From: Alphaproteobacteria bacterium
Lineage (GTDB): Bacteria > Pseudomonadota > Alphaproteobacteria > Bin95
Direction: 5' to 3'
Assembly: GCA_963665325.3 (NCBI GenBank)
Contig: OZ224045.1
Coordinates: forward strand, 1,728,001 to 1,792,000
DNA: 64,000 nt
The position numbers were made by a program, and so were the translations under genes. Position 1 is the first letter of the stretch. Each line of letters starts with the position of its first letter. Under the pieces are notes generated by a model. That model saw only the letters and a program-made list of their open reading frames with translations, did not search any database and had not been told where the DNA came from. Of this stretch, positions 8,842 to 18,269 are shown piece after piece.

Positions 8842-9711
8842 ATGGCGAGTACAGAGCTGCCGTGGGACTATCCTCGGCTGCACAGAGCCTTCTTGGATCG
8901 GTTTGAGACGCTCAGCCCGCACCTGAAGCGGATTGCCCGCTATGCCCTGTCGGATCCCAGCCGGTTTGCGTTGCAAACCGTGGCGGAGATTTCGCGAGGC
9001 TGCAGCGTACAGCCTTCCACCGTCGTCCGGTTCGCCAAGACGTTCGGCTATTCGGGCTTCTCCGACATGCAGAATGTCTTCCGTTTGCGCCTGATCGAAG
9101 GTTCCGAGTCCTATCGGGAGCAGGTTCACGAGCATCGCGGCAGGCTCGAAACTGTCACCGGTGACGACCCGGCGGCAATCCTGGGCGAATTCGCGAGCGC
9201 TTCCGTCCTGGCGGTCGAGCGCTTGAAGGAAACCCTCGACGCGGACATGTTGCAGGAGGCGGCCGCAATGATGAACGCGGCGACTGCCATTTATGTCGTC
9301 GGGCAGCAGCGCGCGCTTCCGGTCACGTCTTGTCTGGCATATTGGCTGATCGAGTCCGAATGCCGATGCCATATGCTGGACCCGGCCGTCGGCCTCCTGA
9401 CCCGCCAGATCGGAACGATTGCCACCGACGAACTGTTGGTCGTAATCGGTCTCGACGAGTCGCCCGATGAGGTTCTGGACGCAGTCTCCGAGGCGCATGA
9501 CCGCGGAGTCCCCGTGCTCGCCATCACCGATTCCGAGGTGAATCGGCTTGCTCGCGACTCCACGCTCTGTTTTGTGCTGCGCGACGCCGACGTGCACCGA
9601 ATTGCCCCCCTGGCTCCCCATATCGTCCTTGTTCAGTCCCTGGTTATTGCGCTCGATGCCCTGCGATACGGGCAGCGGTCGGGTGTCGTGCAGCGAGAGG
9701 CGGTTGGATGA
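8842..9711 (+). CDS. MurR/RpiR-family transcriptional regulator (IolR-like)
   Basis: RBS GGAGAAG; HTH LSPHLKRIARY...VQPSTVVRFAKTFGYSGFSDMQ; SIS domain with VLAITDS. Confidence 0.9.
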   Translation: MASTELPWDYPRLHRAFLDRFETLSPHLKRIARYALSDPSRFALQTVAEISRGCSVQPSTVVRFAKTFGYSGFSDMQNVFRLRLIEGSESYREQVHEHRGRLETVTGDDPAAILGEFASASVLAVERLKETLDADMLQEAAAMMNAATAIYVVGQQRALPVTSCLAYWLIESECRCHMLDPAVGLLTRQIGTIATDELLVVIGLDESPDEVLDAVSEAHDRGVPVLAITDSEVNRLARDSTLCFVLRDADVHRIAPLAPHIVLVQSLVIALDALRYGQRSGVVQREAVG

Positions 9712-9937
9712 TCTCGTAGCTGCGGGCGTCTTTGCTTTCCCGGCCGATGCATTTGCCGATGCATCCTTCCTCGCAGTTGGGTCCGACGATACGAACGGCG
9801 CAGGGCGCGCGCATTCGACCAAGTTCGCGTACCGTCCTGTAACGGGAAGTCAAAATGCTTTTTTTGAGAAATTGGATGCAAGAAAAGCATAGCTGTTGCC
9901 AGGCCGGGTCATTATCCGCCCCATTTCCTATCTTCGT

Positions 9938-10897
9938 CTATAGGCCGGTGCCGTAGTAGTCCCGGTACCAGGCGGCGAAGCGGGGCAGCCCCTCGTCGAT
10001 CGCGATCCGGGGGGCGTAGCCGAAGTGCCGTTCCGCTTCCCCGATGTCGGCGCAGGTTTCGAGCACGTCTCCCGGCTGCATCGGCTGGAGGTCGAGGCGC
10101 GCCCGCGTGCCGAGGGCCGATTCGAGCGTGCGTATGAACCGCATCAGGGGCTCGGCGCGGCCGTTGCCGATATTGTAGATCCGGTGGCCGTCCCCGGTCC
10201 GGTCGAGCGCGCCGAGTGTGCCGGCGACCGCATCCTCGACGAAAGTGAAATCCCGGGAGAGCCGGCCTTCGTTGAAGACCCGGATCGGATCGCCGGCGAG
10301 CATTGCCCGCGCAAACAGGGTCGGCGCCATGTCGGGCCGGCCCCAGGGTCCGTAAACCGTGAAATAGCGGAGCCCCGTCGCACGAAAGCCGTAGAGATGC
10401 GCATAGCACTCCGTCATCAGCTCGTCGCTTCGCTTGGTGGCCGCGTATAGCGACCGCGGCCGGTCGGCCGTCGCATCGACGGCGAGCGGACCGGAGCCGG
10501 CGTCTCCATAGACCGAGGACGAGCTCGCATAGACGAAATGCGAGACTTCCCGCCGCCGCGCCAGTTCCAGCAGGTTCAGATGGCCTGAGATGTTGGCCCG
10601 GATATAGGCGCGCGGATTTTCCAGCGAATAGCGTACGCCGGCCTGGGCGGCGAGGTGCAGGATCCGGTCCACACCTTCGAGCGGCAGCCGGTCCATCGCC
10701 TCGTCGTCGGCGATGTCGGCGCGCGTGAAGGTGAAACCGGACAGGCCGTTCAGGCGGGCCAGCCGGGCGCGCTTCAGCACCGGATCGTAATAGCCGTCGA
10801 GATTGTCGACCCCGATCACGGCTTCGCCGCGGGCAAGCAGGGCGGCGGCGGTGTGCATGCCGATGAAGCCGGCGACGCCGGTGACGAGAATGCTCAT
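9938..10897 (-). CDS. NAD-dependent epimerase (UDP-glucuronate 4-epimerase type)
   Basis: TGVAGFIG, HLAAQAGVRYS, YASSSSVYG, YAATK, FTVYGPWGRPDMA. Confidence 0.9.
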   Translation of the reverse strand: MSILVTGVAGFIGMHTAAALLARGEAVIGVDNLDGYYDPVLKRARLARLNGLSGFTFTRADIADDEAMDRLPLEGVDRILHLAAQAGVRYSLENPRAYIRANISGHLNLLELARRREVSHFVYASSSSVYGDAGSGPLAVDATADRPRSLYAATKRSDELMTECYAHLYGFRATGLRYFTVYGPWGRPDMAPTLFARAMLAGDPIRVFNEGRLSRDFTFVEDAVAGTLGALDRTGDGHRIYNIGNGRAEPLMRFIRTLESALGTRARLDLQPMQPGDVLETCADIGEAERHFGYAPRIAIDEGLPRFAAWYRDYYGTGL

Positions 10898-11040
10898 GGA
10901 TGGGCGGTTCGCGTTGCGGAGGCCCTGTCACCATAGTCGAGGCGGTCGGGCGTTCAATCTCGGAGGCGCGCGCTAGCCTCGACCCGGCCCTGCGGGGGCG
11001 CTATACCCCGGCGCTTGCTCGTCCGGCCCGGAGGGCCACC

Positions 11041-12627
11041 ATGAACGACAACCGCCTCTACCTTTTCGACACGACGCTTCGCGACGGCGCCCAGACCCAG
11101 GGCGTCGACTTCAATATCGCGGACAAGGCCGCCATCGCGCGCGACCTCGACGCGCTCGGTATCGACTATGTCGAGGGCGGTTGGCCCGGCGCCAATCCGA
11201 CGGACGACGGCTTCTTCGCGGACCCGCCGGCGCTCTCCCGCGCCCGCCTGACGGCTTTCGGCATGACGCGCCGGGCCGGCCGGTCGGCGGCCAACGACCC
11301 CGGTCTCGCAGTTACGCTGCGCTCCTGCGTCGATACGATCTGCCTGGTCGGCAAGTCGGACGCGCGGCATGCGGAGCAGGCCCTCGGTGTTTCGCTCGAC
11401 GAAAACCTGGCGATGATCCGCGATTCCATCGCCGAAATCGTCCGGCGCAACAAGGAGGCCCTGTTCGACGCGGAGCATTTCTTCGACGGCTACAAGGCCA
11501 ATCCCGACTATGCGCTCAAGGTGCTGGAGACGGCGCTGGATGCGGGCGCGCGTTGGGTCGTCCTCTGCGATACCAATGGCGGCACGCTCCCCCACGAAGT
11601 CGAGGATGCGGTCGCCACCGCGGCGCAGGTCGTACCGGGCGCCCGGCTCGGCATCCATACGCACAACGACACCGGCAATGCCGTCGCCAACACGCTGGCG
11701 GCGGTGCGAGCCGGCGCGCGTCAGGTGCAAGGGACGCTGAACGGCCTTGGCGAGCGTTGCGGCAATGCCGACCTCGTGGCCCTGCTACCCACGCTCACCC
11801 TCAAGATGGGCTTCGAGACCGGGGTTCCGGCGGACGGGCTGGTTCGTCTCACACAGGTCTCAAGGGCGTTCGACGAACGGCTCAACCGTCCTTCGAACCG
11901 CCACGCTCCCTATGTCGGCGTTTCGGCATTCGCGCACAAGGCGGGCCTGCACGTCTCGGCGGTGGAGAAGGACCCGGGCTTCTACGAGCACATTGCGCCG
12001 GAGGCGGTTGGCAACAAACGCCAGATCCTAGTTTCGGACCAGTCGGGCCGCGCGAACATCCTCGCGCGGTTCCGGGAGATCGGGCTCGATGTGGATCGGG
12101 ACGACCCGCGCGTCGCTCGCCTTGTCGATCTGGTGAAGGAGCGAGAGTTCCAGGGCTATGCGTATGACGGCGCGGTGGCGAGTTTCGAGCTGCTGGCGCG
12201 CCGGATGCTCCAGACCGTGCCGGACTACTGGTCGCTCGACAGCTTTCGCGTCACCGACGAGCGGCGCTTCAACGCGAGGCGCGAGCTGGTGACCATGTCG
12301 GAGGCGGTGGTGAAGCTCTCCGTCGACGGACGCCGGTCCATGCAGGTGGCGGAAGGCAACGGGCCGGTGAACGCGCTCGACGCTGCGCTCCGCCTTGCGC
12401 TGTTGCCGGATTATGCCTGCCTCGAAGGCGTGCGGCTGACAGACTACCGGGTGCGTATCCTCACGCCGGGCGACGGCACGGCGGCCGTCACGCGGGTGCT
12501 CATCGAGAGCACCGACGAAACCGGCGCCCGCTGGACGACCGTCGGCGTTTCCGGGAACATCATCAATGCGTCCTACGAGGCGCTGAACGACAGCCTGACC
12601 TACAAGCTGCTCAACGCGGAACCGTGA
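11041..12627 (+). CDS. cimA: Citramalate synthase
   Basis: FDTTLRDGAQ, EGGWPGANP, DAEHFFDG, HTHND, GERCGNA, AHKAGLH, GNGPVNALD. Confidence 0.93.
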   Translation: MNDNRLYLFDTTLRDGAQTQGVDFNIADKAAIARDLDALGIDYVEGGWPGANPTDDGFFADPPALSRARLTAFGMTRRAGRSAANDPGLAVTLRSCVDTICLVGKSDARHAEQALGVSLDENLAMIRDSIAEIVRRNKEALFDAEHFFDGYKANPDYALKVLETALDAGARWVVLCDTNGGTLPHEVEDAVATAAQVVPGARLGIHTHNDTGNAVANTLAAVRAGARQVQGTLNGLGERCGNADLVALLPTLTLKMGFETGVPADGLVRLTQVSRAFDERLNRPSNRHAPYVGVSAFAHKAGLHVSAVEKDPGFYEHIAPEAVGNKRQILVSDQSGRANILARFREIGLDVDRDDPRVARLVDLVKEREFQGYAYDGAVASFELLARRMLQTVPDYWSLDSFRVTDERRFNARRELVTMSEAVVKLSVDGRRSMQVAEGNGPVNALDAALRLALLPDYACLEGVRLTDYRVRILTPGDGTAAVTRVLIESTDETGARWTTVGVSGNIINASYEALNDSLTYKLLNAEP

Positions 12628-13340
12628 GCCGCCCGCCCGCCATCGTGCTGGTGCGCCCGCAACTCGGCGAGAATATCGGCATGGCGGCGCGCGCCATGGC
12701 GAATTGCGGCCTGGACGAACTCCGGATCGTGGCCCCGCGCGACGGATGGCCGAACCCGGCGGCCCGCGCGGCGGCAGCCGGAGGCGATGCCGTGATCGAC
12801 AGCGCGCGCGTCTTCGACACCGCGGCGGAAGCGGCTGCCGACCTGCAACTCGTGCTGGCGACGACGGCGCGGCGGCGCGACGTCGAGAAGCCCGTCCACG
12901 GCCCCCGCGAGGCGGCCCGGCTTTTGCGGGATTCGGGCGCGCGGACGGGCGTGATGTTCGGGCCGGAGCGCAGCGGCCTCGACAATGACGAGGTGGGCCT
13001 CGCGGCTGCCGTCGTCGAGGCGCCGCTCAACCCGGACTTCCCCTCGCTCAATCTCGCCCAGGCGGTGCTCCTGATGGCCTGGGAGTGGCGCATGGCCGGC
13101 CCGCCATCTGAAGCGCCGGTCCCGAGCGAGCTTGCCGCGGCCGAAGCCTTCGAGGGCTTCTGGCGCCATCTGGACGGCGCGCTTGACGCCGCCGGCTACT
13201 ATCGCGAACCGAAGCTCAAGCCCACCGTCCAGCGCAACCTGCGCGCCATCTTCGCCCGCGCCGGCCTCACCGACCAGGAAGTCCGCACCCTCCGCGGCGT
13301 CGTCGCGCGGCTGGTTTCGGGAAGTCGAAACAAGGACTAG
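12624..13340 (+). CDS. trmJ: tRNA (cytidine/uridine-2'-O)-methyltransferase, TrmJ/LasT SPOUT family
   Basis: PQLGENIGMAARAMAN, ATTAR, FGPERSGL, SLNLAQAV, EVRTLRG. Confidence 0.85.
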   Translation: MSRPPAIVLVRPQLGENIGMAARAMANCGLDELRIVAPRDGWPNPAARAAAAGGDAVIDSARVFDTAAEAAADLQLVLATTARRRDVEKPVHGPREAARLLRDSGARTGVMFGPERSGLDNDEVGLAAAVVEAPLNPDFPSLNLAQAVLLMAWEWRMAGPPSEAPVPSELAAAEAFEGFWRHLDGALDAAGYYREPKLKPTVQRNLRAIFARAGLTDQEVRTLRGVVARLVSGSRNKD

Positions 13341-13353
13341 CGGCTTCCTCCCC

Positions 13354-14268
13354 TCATTCCAGCCCCATGAGGCTGCGGGCGAAATCGCGGGGGTCGAACG
13401 GATGGAGGTCGTCTTCGCCTTCGCCGACGCCGACCGCGTGGACCGGAAGGCCGATGTTCTCTGCCAGCGCCACCACCACGCCGCCTCTGGCCGAGCCGTC
13501 GAGCTTGGTCACCACCAGCCCGGTCACCTCCGCCATGTCGCGAAAGGCCCGGACCTGGCTCAGCGCGTTCTGGCCGGTGGTGGCGTCCAGCGTCAATACG
13601 GTGTCGTGCGGCGCGTCCGCGTCCTGCTTGGCGATTACGCGGGCGATCTTGGAGAGCTCGTCCATCAGGTTGGCCTTGTTGTGCAGCCGCCCGGCCGTGT
13701 CGATCAGCAGGATGTCGGTCCCGTCCCGGATCGCCTGTCCGTGGGCGTCGAAGACGAGACCGGCCGCATCGGCCCCGGTCGGCCGGGCCACGACCGGCGC
13801 GCCGACCCGCTCGCCCCATAGCTGCAATTGCTCCACTGCCGCCGCGCGGAAGGTGTCGCCCGCCGCCAGCAGCACGGACCGCCCCTCGGCGCGGAAGGCG
13901 TGAGCGAGCTTGCCGATCGTCGTCGTCTTGCCGGTGCCGTTGACGCCCACGACCAGGATGACATGCGGCTTGCGCGCCGGGTCGGCGAGCAGTGGGCGCG
14001 CCACCGGCTCCAGCATGCCCGCGATCTCGTCGGCCAGCACGCCGCGCACTTCCTCGCTCGACACTTCCTTGCCGAAGCGTGCGCTCGCGAGGCCGGACGC
14101 GAGCCGCGCGGCGGTGGCCGGCCCGAGGTCGGCCATGATGAGCAGGTCTTCCAGCTCTTCCAGGGCCTCATCGTCCAGCCGGCGCCGGTTGAAGATGCCC
14201 GCAATCCCGTCCGCGAGGCGGTCGGAGGATCGCGACAGCCCCTGTTTCAGGCGCTGAAGCCAGCTCAC
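13354..14268 (-). CDS. ftsY: Signal recognition particle receptor
   Basis: GTG start WLQRLKQGLSRS; GVNGTGKTTTIGK, DTFRAAA, DTAGRL, TKLDGSARGG. Confidence 0.96.
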   Translation of the reverse strand: MSWLQRLKQGLSRSSDRLADGIAGIFNRRRLDDEALEELEDLLIMADLGPATAARLASGLASARFGKEVSSEEVRGVLADEIAGMLEPVARPLLADPARKPHVILVVGVNGTGKTTTIGKLAHAFRAEGRSVLLAAGDTFRAAAVEQLQLWGERVGAPVVARPTGADAAGLVFDAHGQAIRDGTDILLIDTAGRLHNKANLMDELSKIARVIAKQDADAPHDTVLTLDATTGQNALSQVRAFRDMAEVTGLVVTKLDGSARGGVVVALAENIGLPVHAVGVGEGEDDLHPFDPRDFARSLMGLE

Positions 14269-15509
14269 GCCGCGAGCACCTCCGCGACCAGCCTTCCCGC
14301 CTCGACCCCGCGGACACGCACCTTCCGGACCGAACCCGGGTGCGCCGCCCCCTGAAGCGCGGCGGGTGCGAACTGCTCCGTTCGCCCGACGCCTTCGCGC
14401 TCGACGGCAACGCGCTCCGTGCGGCCGACCCGGCTCTCGAGGAAGCGCCCGGCCGCCGCCTCGCCGGCGGCCCTGAGCCTGCGGGCGCGTTCCTTGCGCA
14501 GGGGAGGCGCTACCTGCGGCATCCGCGCGGCCGGCGTGCCCCGGCGCGGCGAATAGGGGAAGACGTGCAGCCAGGTGAGCGAGCAGGCTTCCACCAGTTC
14601 GAGGCTGCCGGCGAACATCGTCTCGGTCTCGGTCGGGAAGCCGGCGATCAGGTCCGCCCCGAACGCTATCTCCGGCCGCAGCGCCCGAAGTTCCCGGCAC
14701 AGCGAGACGACATCGGCCGCCAGGTGGCGCCGCTTCATCCGCTTCAGCACCATGTCGTCGCCCGCCTGCACGGAAAGATGCAGATGCGGCATCAGCCGGG
14801 GCTCCTCGGCCAGCAGCCGGAAAAGTTCCTCGTCAATGGCGGCGGGATCGACGGAGGAGAGGCGCAACCGGCCCAGCTCCGGCACCTGCGCCAGCAGGCG
14901 GCGGACCATCTGTCCGAGCCGGGGCGCGCCCGGTAGATCCGCACCCCAGGACGCGATGTCGACGCCGGTCAGCACGATCTCCACGGCGCCCGCTTCGAGA
15001 AGCCGGCGGACCTGCGCCACGATTTCGCCGAGCGGCACGCTGCGGCTGGGTCCGCGCCCGTAGGGGATGATGCAGAAGGTGCAGCGGTGGTCGCAGCCCT
15101 GCTGGACCTGCACGAAGGCGCGGGCCCGGCCCTGGAACCCGTCGAGCAGGTGCGTGGCCGTCTCGCGCACGCTCATGATGTCGTTCACCAGCGCCGGCGG
15201 CGTGTCCGGCTTCCAGACGTCGGCGGTCAGCTTCTCGGCATTGCCGACGACCCGGTCCACCTCCTCCATGGCGAGCCAGCGCTCCGGCGCGACCTGCGCG
15301 GCGCAGCCGGTGACTACGATCTGTGCGCCGGGGCGTTCCCGCCGGGCCTTGCGGATTGCCTGCCGCGCCTGCCGCTCGGCCTCCGCCGTGACCGCGCAGG
15401 TGTTGAAGACCACGGCGTCCGAAAGTCCGGCTTCGGCCGTCAGCCGGCGCATGACCTCGGACTCCCAGGCGTTGAGACGGCAGCCGAAGGTGACGATCTC
15501 GGCGGTCAT
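14265..15509 (-). CDS. mtaB: tRNA t6A37 methylthiotransferase (radical SAM)
   Basis: TFGCRLN, NTCAVT, TGCAAQ, GCDHRCTFC, FPYSPRRGTPAA; dapF-mtaB-ftsY synteny. Confidence 0.93.
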   Translation of the reverse strand: MTAEIVTFGCRLNAWESEVMRRLTAEAGLSDAVVFNTCAVTAEAERQARQAIRKARRERPGAQIVVTGCAAQVAPERWLAMEEVDRVVGNAEKLTADVWKPDTPPALVNDIMSVRETATHLLDGFQGRARAFVQVQQGCDHRCTFCIIPYGRGPSRSVPLGEIVAQVRRLLEAGAVEIVLTGVDIASWGADLPGAPRLGQMVRRLLAQVPELGRLRLSSVDPAAIDEELFRLLAEEPRLMPHLHLSVQAGDDMVLKRMKRRHLAADVVSLCRELRALRPEIAFGADLIAGFPTETETMFAGSLELVEACSLTWLHVFPYSPRRGTPAARMPQVAPPLRKERARRLRAAGEAAAGRFLESRVGRTERVAVEREGVGRTEQFAPAALQGAAHPGSVRKVRVRGVEAGRLVAEVLAA

Positions 15510-16345
15510 GGCGCCGCCTCCGGCACATGCGCCTCCAGTTCGCCCCGGAAGCTCACTTCGGCCGGCCCGGTCATCAGCAGATGGTCGTCGCTCTCGCACC
15601 ATTCGATGTCCAGCCGGCCGCCGTCGAGGCGCACCTCCATCCGCCGCTCACCGAGGCCCCGCCGGAAAGCCGCAGCGGCAGCGGCACAGGCCCCGGTGCC
15701 GCAGGCGCGGGTGATGCCGACGCCGCGCTCCCAGACGCGCAGCCGCATTGCGCCCCGTCCTTCCATCGAAGCCACGCCGACGTTGGCGCGCTCCGGGAAG
15801 GTAGGATCGTGCTCGACCCGCGGCCCCCAGCTTTCGAGGTCCACCGCCTCGGCGTCCTCCACGAAAAATGTGGCGTGCGGATTGCCGACATTCGTCGCCA
15901 CTGGCGCGGACAGCGGGCCAAAGGCCAGATCCAGGCAGAGCGTGTCCACCGGGGCGGCGAGCGGAATCTCGTCCCAGGCAAGCCGCGCCAGTCCCATATC
16001 GACCCGCACGAGCCCCGCCTCCACGCGTTCCGCCAGAAGCGTTCCCGCGACGGTCTCAACCGCAGCCTCGGCGCGCCCGCGCTCGTCGAACAGGAGCGCC
16101 GCCACGCAGCGCGTGCCGTTTCCGCAGGCCTCGACCTCGCCGCCGTCGGCATTACGAATCTCCATGAAGACATCGCCGTCGTGCACCGGCGGGCGCAGCA
16201 CCATGAATTGGTCGCAGCCGACGCCCGTGCGCCGGTCCGCCACGCGGCGGTAGCCTTCCTCCGGCCAGTCGAGCGGCCGGGCGCGCGCGTCCAGCACGAC
16301 GAAATCGTTGCCGAGTCCGTGCATCTTGACGAACGGAATGCCCAT
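15506..16345 (-). CDS. dapF: Diaminopimelate epimerase
   Basis: KMHGLGNDF, ACGNGTRC, VGNPH, VWERGVGITRACGTGACA. Confidence 0.96.
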   Translation of the reverse strand: MGIPFVKMHGLGNDFVVLDARARPLDWPEEGYRRVADRRTGVGCDQFMVLRPPVHDGDVFMEIRNADGGEVEACGNGTRCVAALLFDERGRAEAAVETVAGTLLAERVEAGLVRVDMGLARLAWDEIPLAAPVDTLCLDLAFGPLSAPVATNVGNPHATFFVEDAEAVDLESWGPRVEHDPTFPERANVGVASMEGRGAMRLRVWERGVGITRACGTGACAAAAAAFRRGLGERRMEVRLDGGRLDIEWCESDDHLLMTGPAEVSFRGELEAHVPEAAP

Positions 16346-16468
16346 GACCTGCTCGAGACCTCCCAATGCCGCTCCCGGCAGCGGCGGGGCCTTATCTAGG
16401 GCCGAAGCCCGCCCTCCGCAATGGCGGCGCCCGCCCGGATTGTCCGGCCCGAGCCAGGCGGTTAGGAT

Positions 16469-16490
16469 TGCTGTCATTGAAGACGCAGCA
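16469..16490. promoter_or_regulatory. Candidate antitoxin operator
   Basis: TGCTGTCA...CAGCA imperfect inverted repeat before the FitA-like gene; similar to the FitA half-site TGCTATCA. Confidence 0.4.
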
Positions 16491-16505
16491 TAGAAGGCAG
16501 GTAAG

Positions 16506-16742
16506 ATGGCCCAACTCACCGTAAGGAAGCTGAGCGAGGAAGTCGTCAGCGCCCTGAAGCGGCGTGCAGCGGCTAACGGGCGATCTGCCGAGGCTGAGCA
16601 CCGGGCGATTCTGCGTGAAACGCTGGTTAGAACCGAGGAAGAATTTGCCGCGCGCGCAGCCGCACTGCGGCGGCGGCTTCGCTCGTCGGTTGATAGCAGC
16701 GTCTCGATACGGGCGGACCGGGACCGGGAAAGCATGGCGTGA
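16506..16742 (+). CDS. FitA-like ribbon-helix-helix antitoxin
   Basis: MAQLTVRKLSEEVVSALKRRAAANGRSAEAEHRAIL; overlaps PIN toxin. Confidence 0.9.
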   Translation: MAQLTVRKLSEEVVSALKRRAAANGRSAEAEHRAILRETLVRTEEEFAARAAALRRRLRSSVDSSVSIRADRDRESMA

Positions 16743-17179
16743 CCGGTTATGTCGTCGATGCCAGCGTCGCGGTGAAATGGCTGGTCGAGGAAGTGCTTTC
16801 CGACGAGGCAGCCCGCCTTCTGGACGATGACTCGACGCTTGTCGTGCCGCCGCTTCTGTTCGCGGAGGCCGCCAATGCGCTCTGGGCCATGCGCCGGCGC
16901 GGCGACATCGCGGCGGCCGACCTTGCGGAGGCAGTCGAGACCTTGCGGGCAGCTCCGGTTTCGATGCCCCTGTCGATGCCGGACCTCACAGCGGCGGCAA
17001 CGCGGTTGGCGAGCGACCTGGACCACCCGGTTTACGACTGCTTCTACCTCGCGCTCGCGGTTCATACGCAATATCCGGTCGTGACCGCCGACACGCGCTT
17101 TCACGACAAGGTGCGCAAGCATCCCTACCTTTCGGACCGAATCCTGCACCTCGCAGACATGGCGGCGAGCGAAGCGTAG
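16739..17179 (+). CDS. vapC: VapC-family PIN-domain toxin
   Basis: VVDASVAVKW, EAANAL, VYDCFYLALA, VVTAD. Confidence 0.9.
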   Translation: MTGYVVDASVAVKWLVEEVLSDEAARLLDDDSTLVVPPLLFAEAANALWAMRRRGDIAAADLAEAVETLRAAPVSMPLSMPDLTAAATRLASDLDHPVYDCFYLALAVHTQYPVVTADTRFHDKVRKHPYLSDRILHLADMAASEA

Positions 17180-17293
17180 CGGTGGTCCCGGCGAACGAGG
17201 CGCGCCTTGACGGGTCCGCGGCCGGCCCATAGGACTCGTCGCAACGAATGCGGCGCCGTCCGGACAATCCGCGAGGCGCAGGGAGTTGGACCG

Positions 17294-17623
17294 ATGACAG
17301 ATCCCGACGCGAGACCCTATGTCATCGAGCGCCGCGAGACGGTGGCCCGGACCGACACGCTGCGCGTCGGCATCCTGACGCTTGCCGAGGGACAGGAAGT
17401 GCCCTGGCACTATCACAGCGAGGTCACCGACACCTTCTACTGCCTGGAAGGCGTGCTCTCGGTGGAAACCCGCGCGCCCAGGGCGCAGTACCTGCTGAAG
17501 GCCGGCGAGAGCTGTGCCGTGCCGGAGATGACCGCACACCGGGTCACGGGACAGGACGGCGGCCGCGCCCGCTTCCTGATCGTGCAGGGTATCGGCACCT
17601 ACGACTTCTGCCCCGTCGGCTGA
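17294..17623 (+). CDS. Cupin domain protein
   Basis: VPWHYHSEVTDTFYCLEG...PEMTAHRV metal-binding cupin motifs. Confidence 0.85.
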   Translation: MTDPDARPYVIERRETVARTDTLRVGILTLAEGQEVPWHYHSEVTDTFYCLEGVLSVETRAPRAQYLLKAGESCAVPEMTAHRVTGQDGGRARFLIVQGIGTYDFCPVG

Positions 17624-17689
17624 GCGGCGTTTTTTTTCCGGCGAACTTCCCGGAAAGGCGTCGCCGGGCGACGATGACCCCCTCGGAAT

Positions 17690-17716
17690 TGTCATGAAAT
17701 GTCATGAGATGTCATG
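17690..17716. repeat. 10-bp tandem repeat TGTCATGARA (~2.7 copies)
   Basis: tgtcatgaaa tgtcatgaga tgtcatg. Confidence 0.9.
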
Positions 17717-17870
17717 GTCGGGCGCGGGTTGCCCGTCGTCAGGCCGGCCCGCCTTGGGGCGTCCGCGGCATTGCCGGAAGCTGCCGAAGCGGTGGCAGAC
17801 GGCCTTCTGCCGGGCGGAGAGAGAGGGTTCGTGTGCGGCGGTCGCTTCAGGCATGGGCGGCGGCTCTTTC

Positions 17871-17885
17871 GTTCATTTTATGTTC
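17871..17885 (-). promoter_or_regulatory. Alphaproteobacterial LexA (SOS) box
   Basis: GTTC-ATTTTAT-GTTC = GTTC-N7-GTTC consensus; overlaps TAAAAT -10-like hexamer on minus strand. Confidence 0.7.
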
Positions 17886-18191
17886 TCTCGGCGATCCGAT
17901 GCGGTGCCGGACTGCGCCTGGCCAGGGGACGGGGTTGGCGGACAGCACGACCCCGCGGGAAGCGACCCTGTTTCGCGCGTATCGCGTGCGGGTGCGGGCG
18001 CGCGTTAGCGCCGGCGCGGTTCGCGCGCCTGATTGCGCGCGCGAGGCAGAGGGCGCACTTCGCCTGTGCGTTGAATCAGGGTCGTTTCGCGCCGGGTCGG
18101 CACGGGCGGGAAGCGGCCCGCGGATGCCCCTTCCCTCGGACCCATCATACCACACCTATTCTCAGGTCAAGCCCGATTCGAGAATTATTGC

Positions 18192-18269
18192 CTAATTTCT
18201 TGGAAGCCCCGGCCGCCCCACCGCCGCCGGTTCTATGTCAGCCAGCGGGCAGCGCGCGTCACGCTCGAT
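18192..18269 (-). pseudogene. HepT/DUF86 HEPN toxin 5' remnant
   Basis: Overlaps MntA stop; ATC GAG CGT GAC... = (I)ERDARCPLADIEPAA, like the MxRDxRxxLxDI start of DUF86 toxins; stop after 25 codons. Confidence 0.6.

Larger units (their letters stand above)
17624..18191 (-). mobile_element. Putative non-autonomous structured repeat element
   Basis: Intergenic insert with 10-bp tandem repeat, GC hairpins, LexA box and a 50-aa ORF; abuts a truncated HEPN toxin; boundaries approximate. Confidence 0.45.

Noticed and set aside
15506-17695. 729-aa DapF fusion
   Set aside because: Upstream part is antisense to fitA/vapC/cupin; DapF starts at 16345
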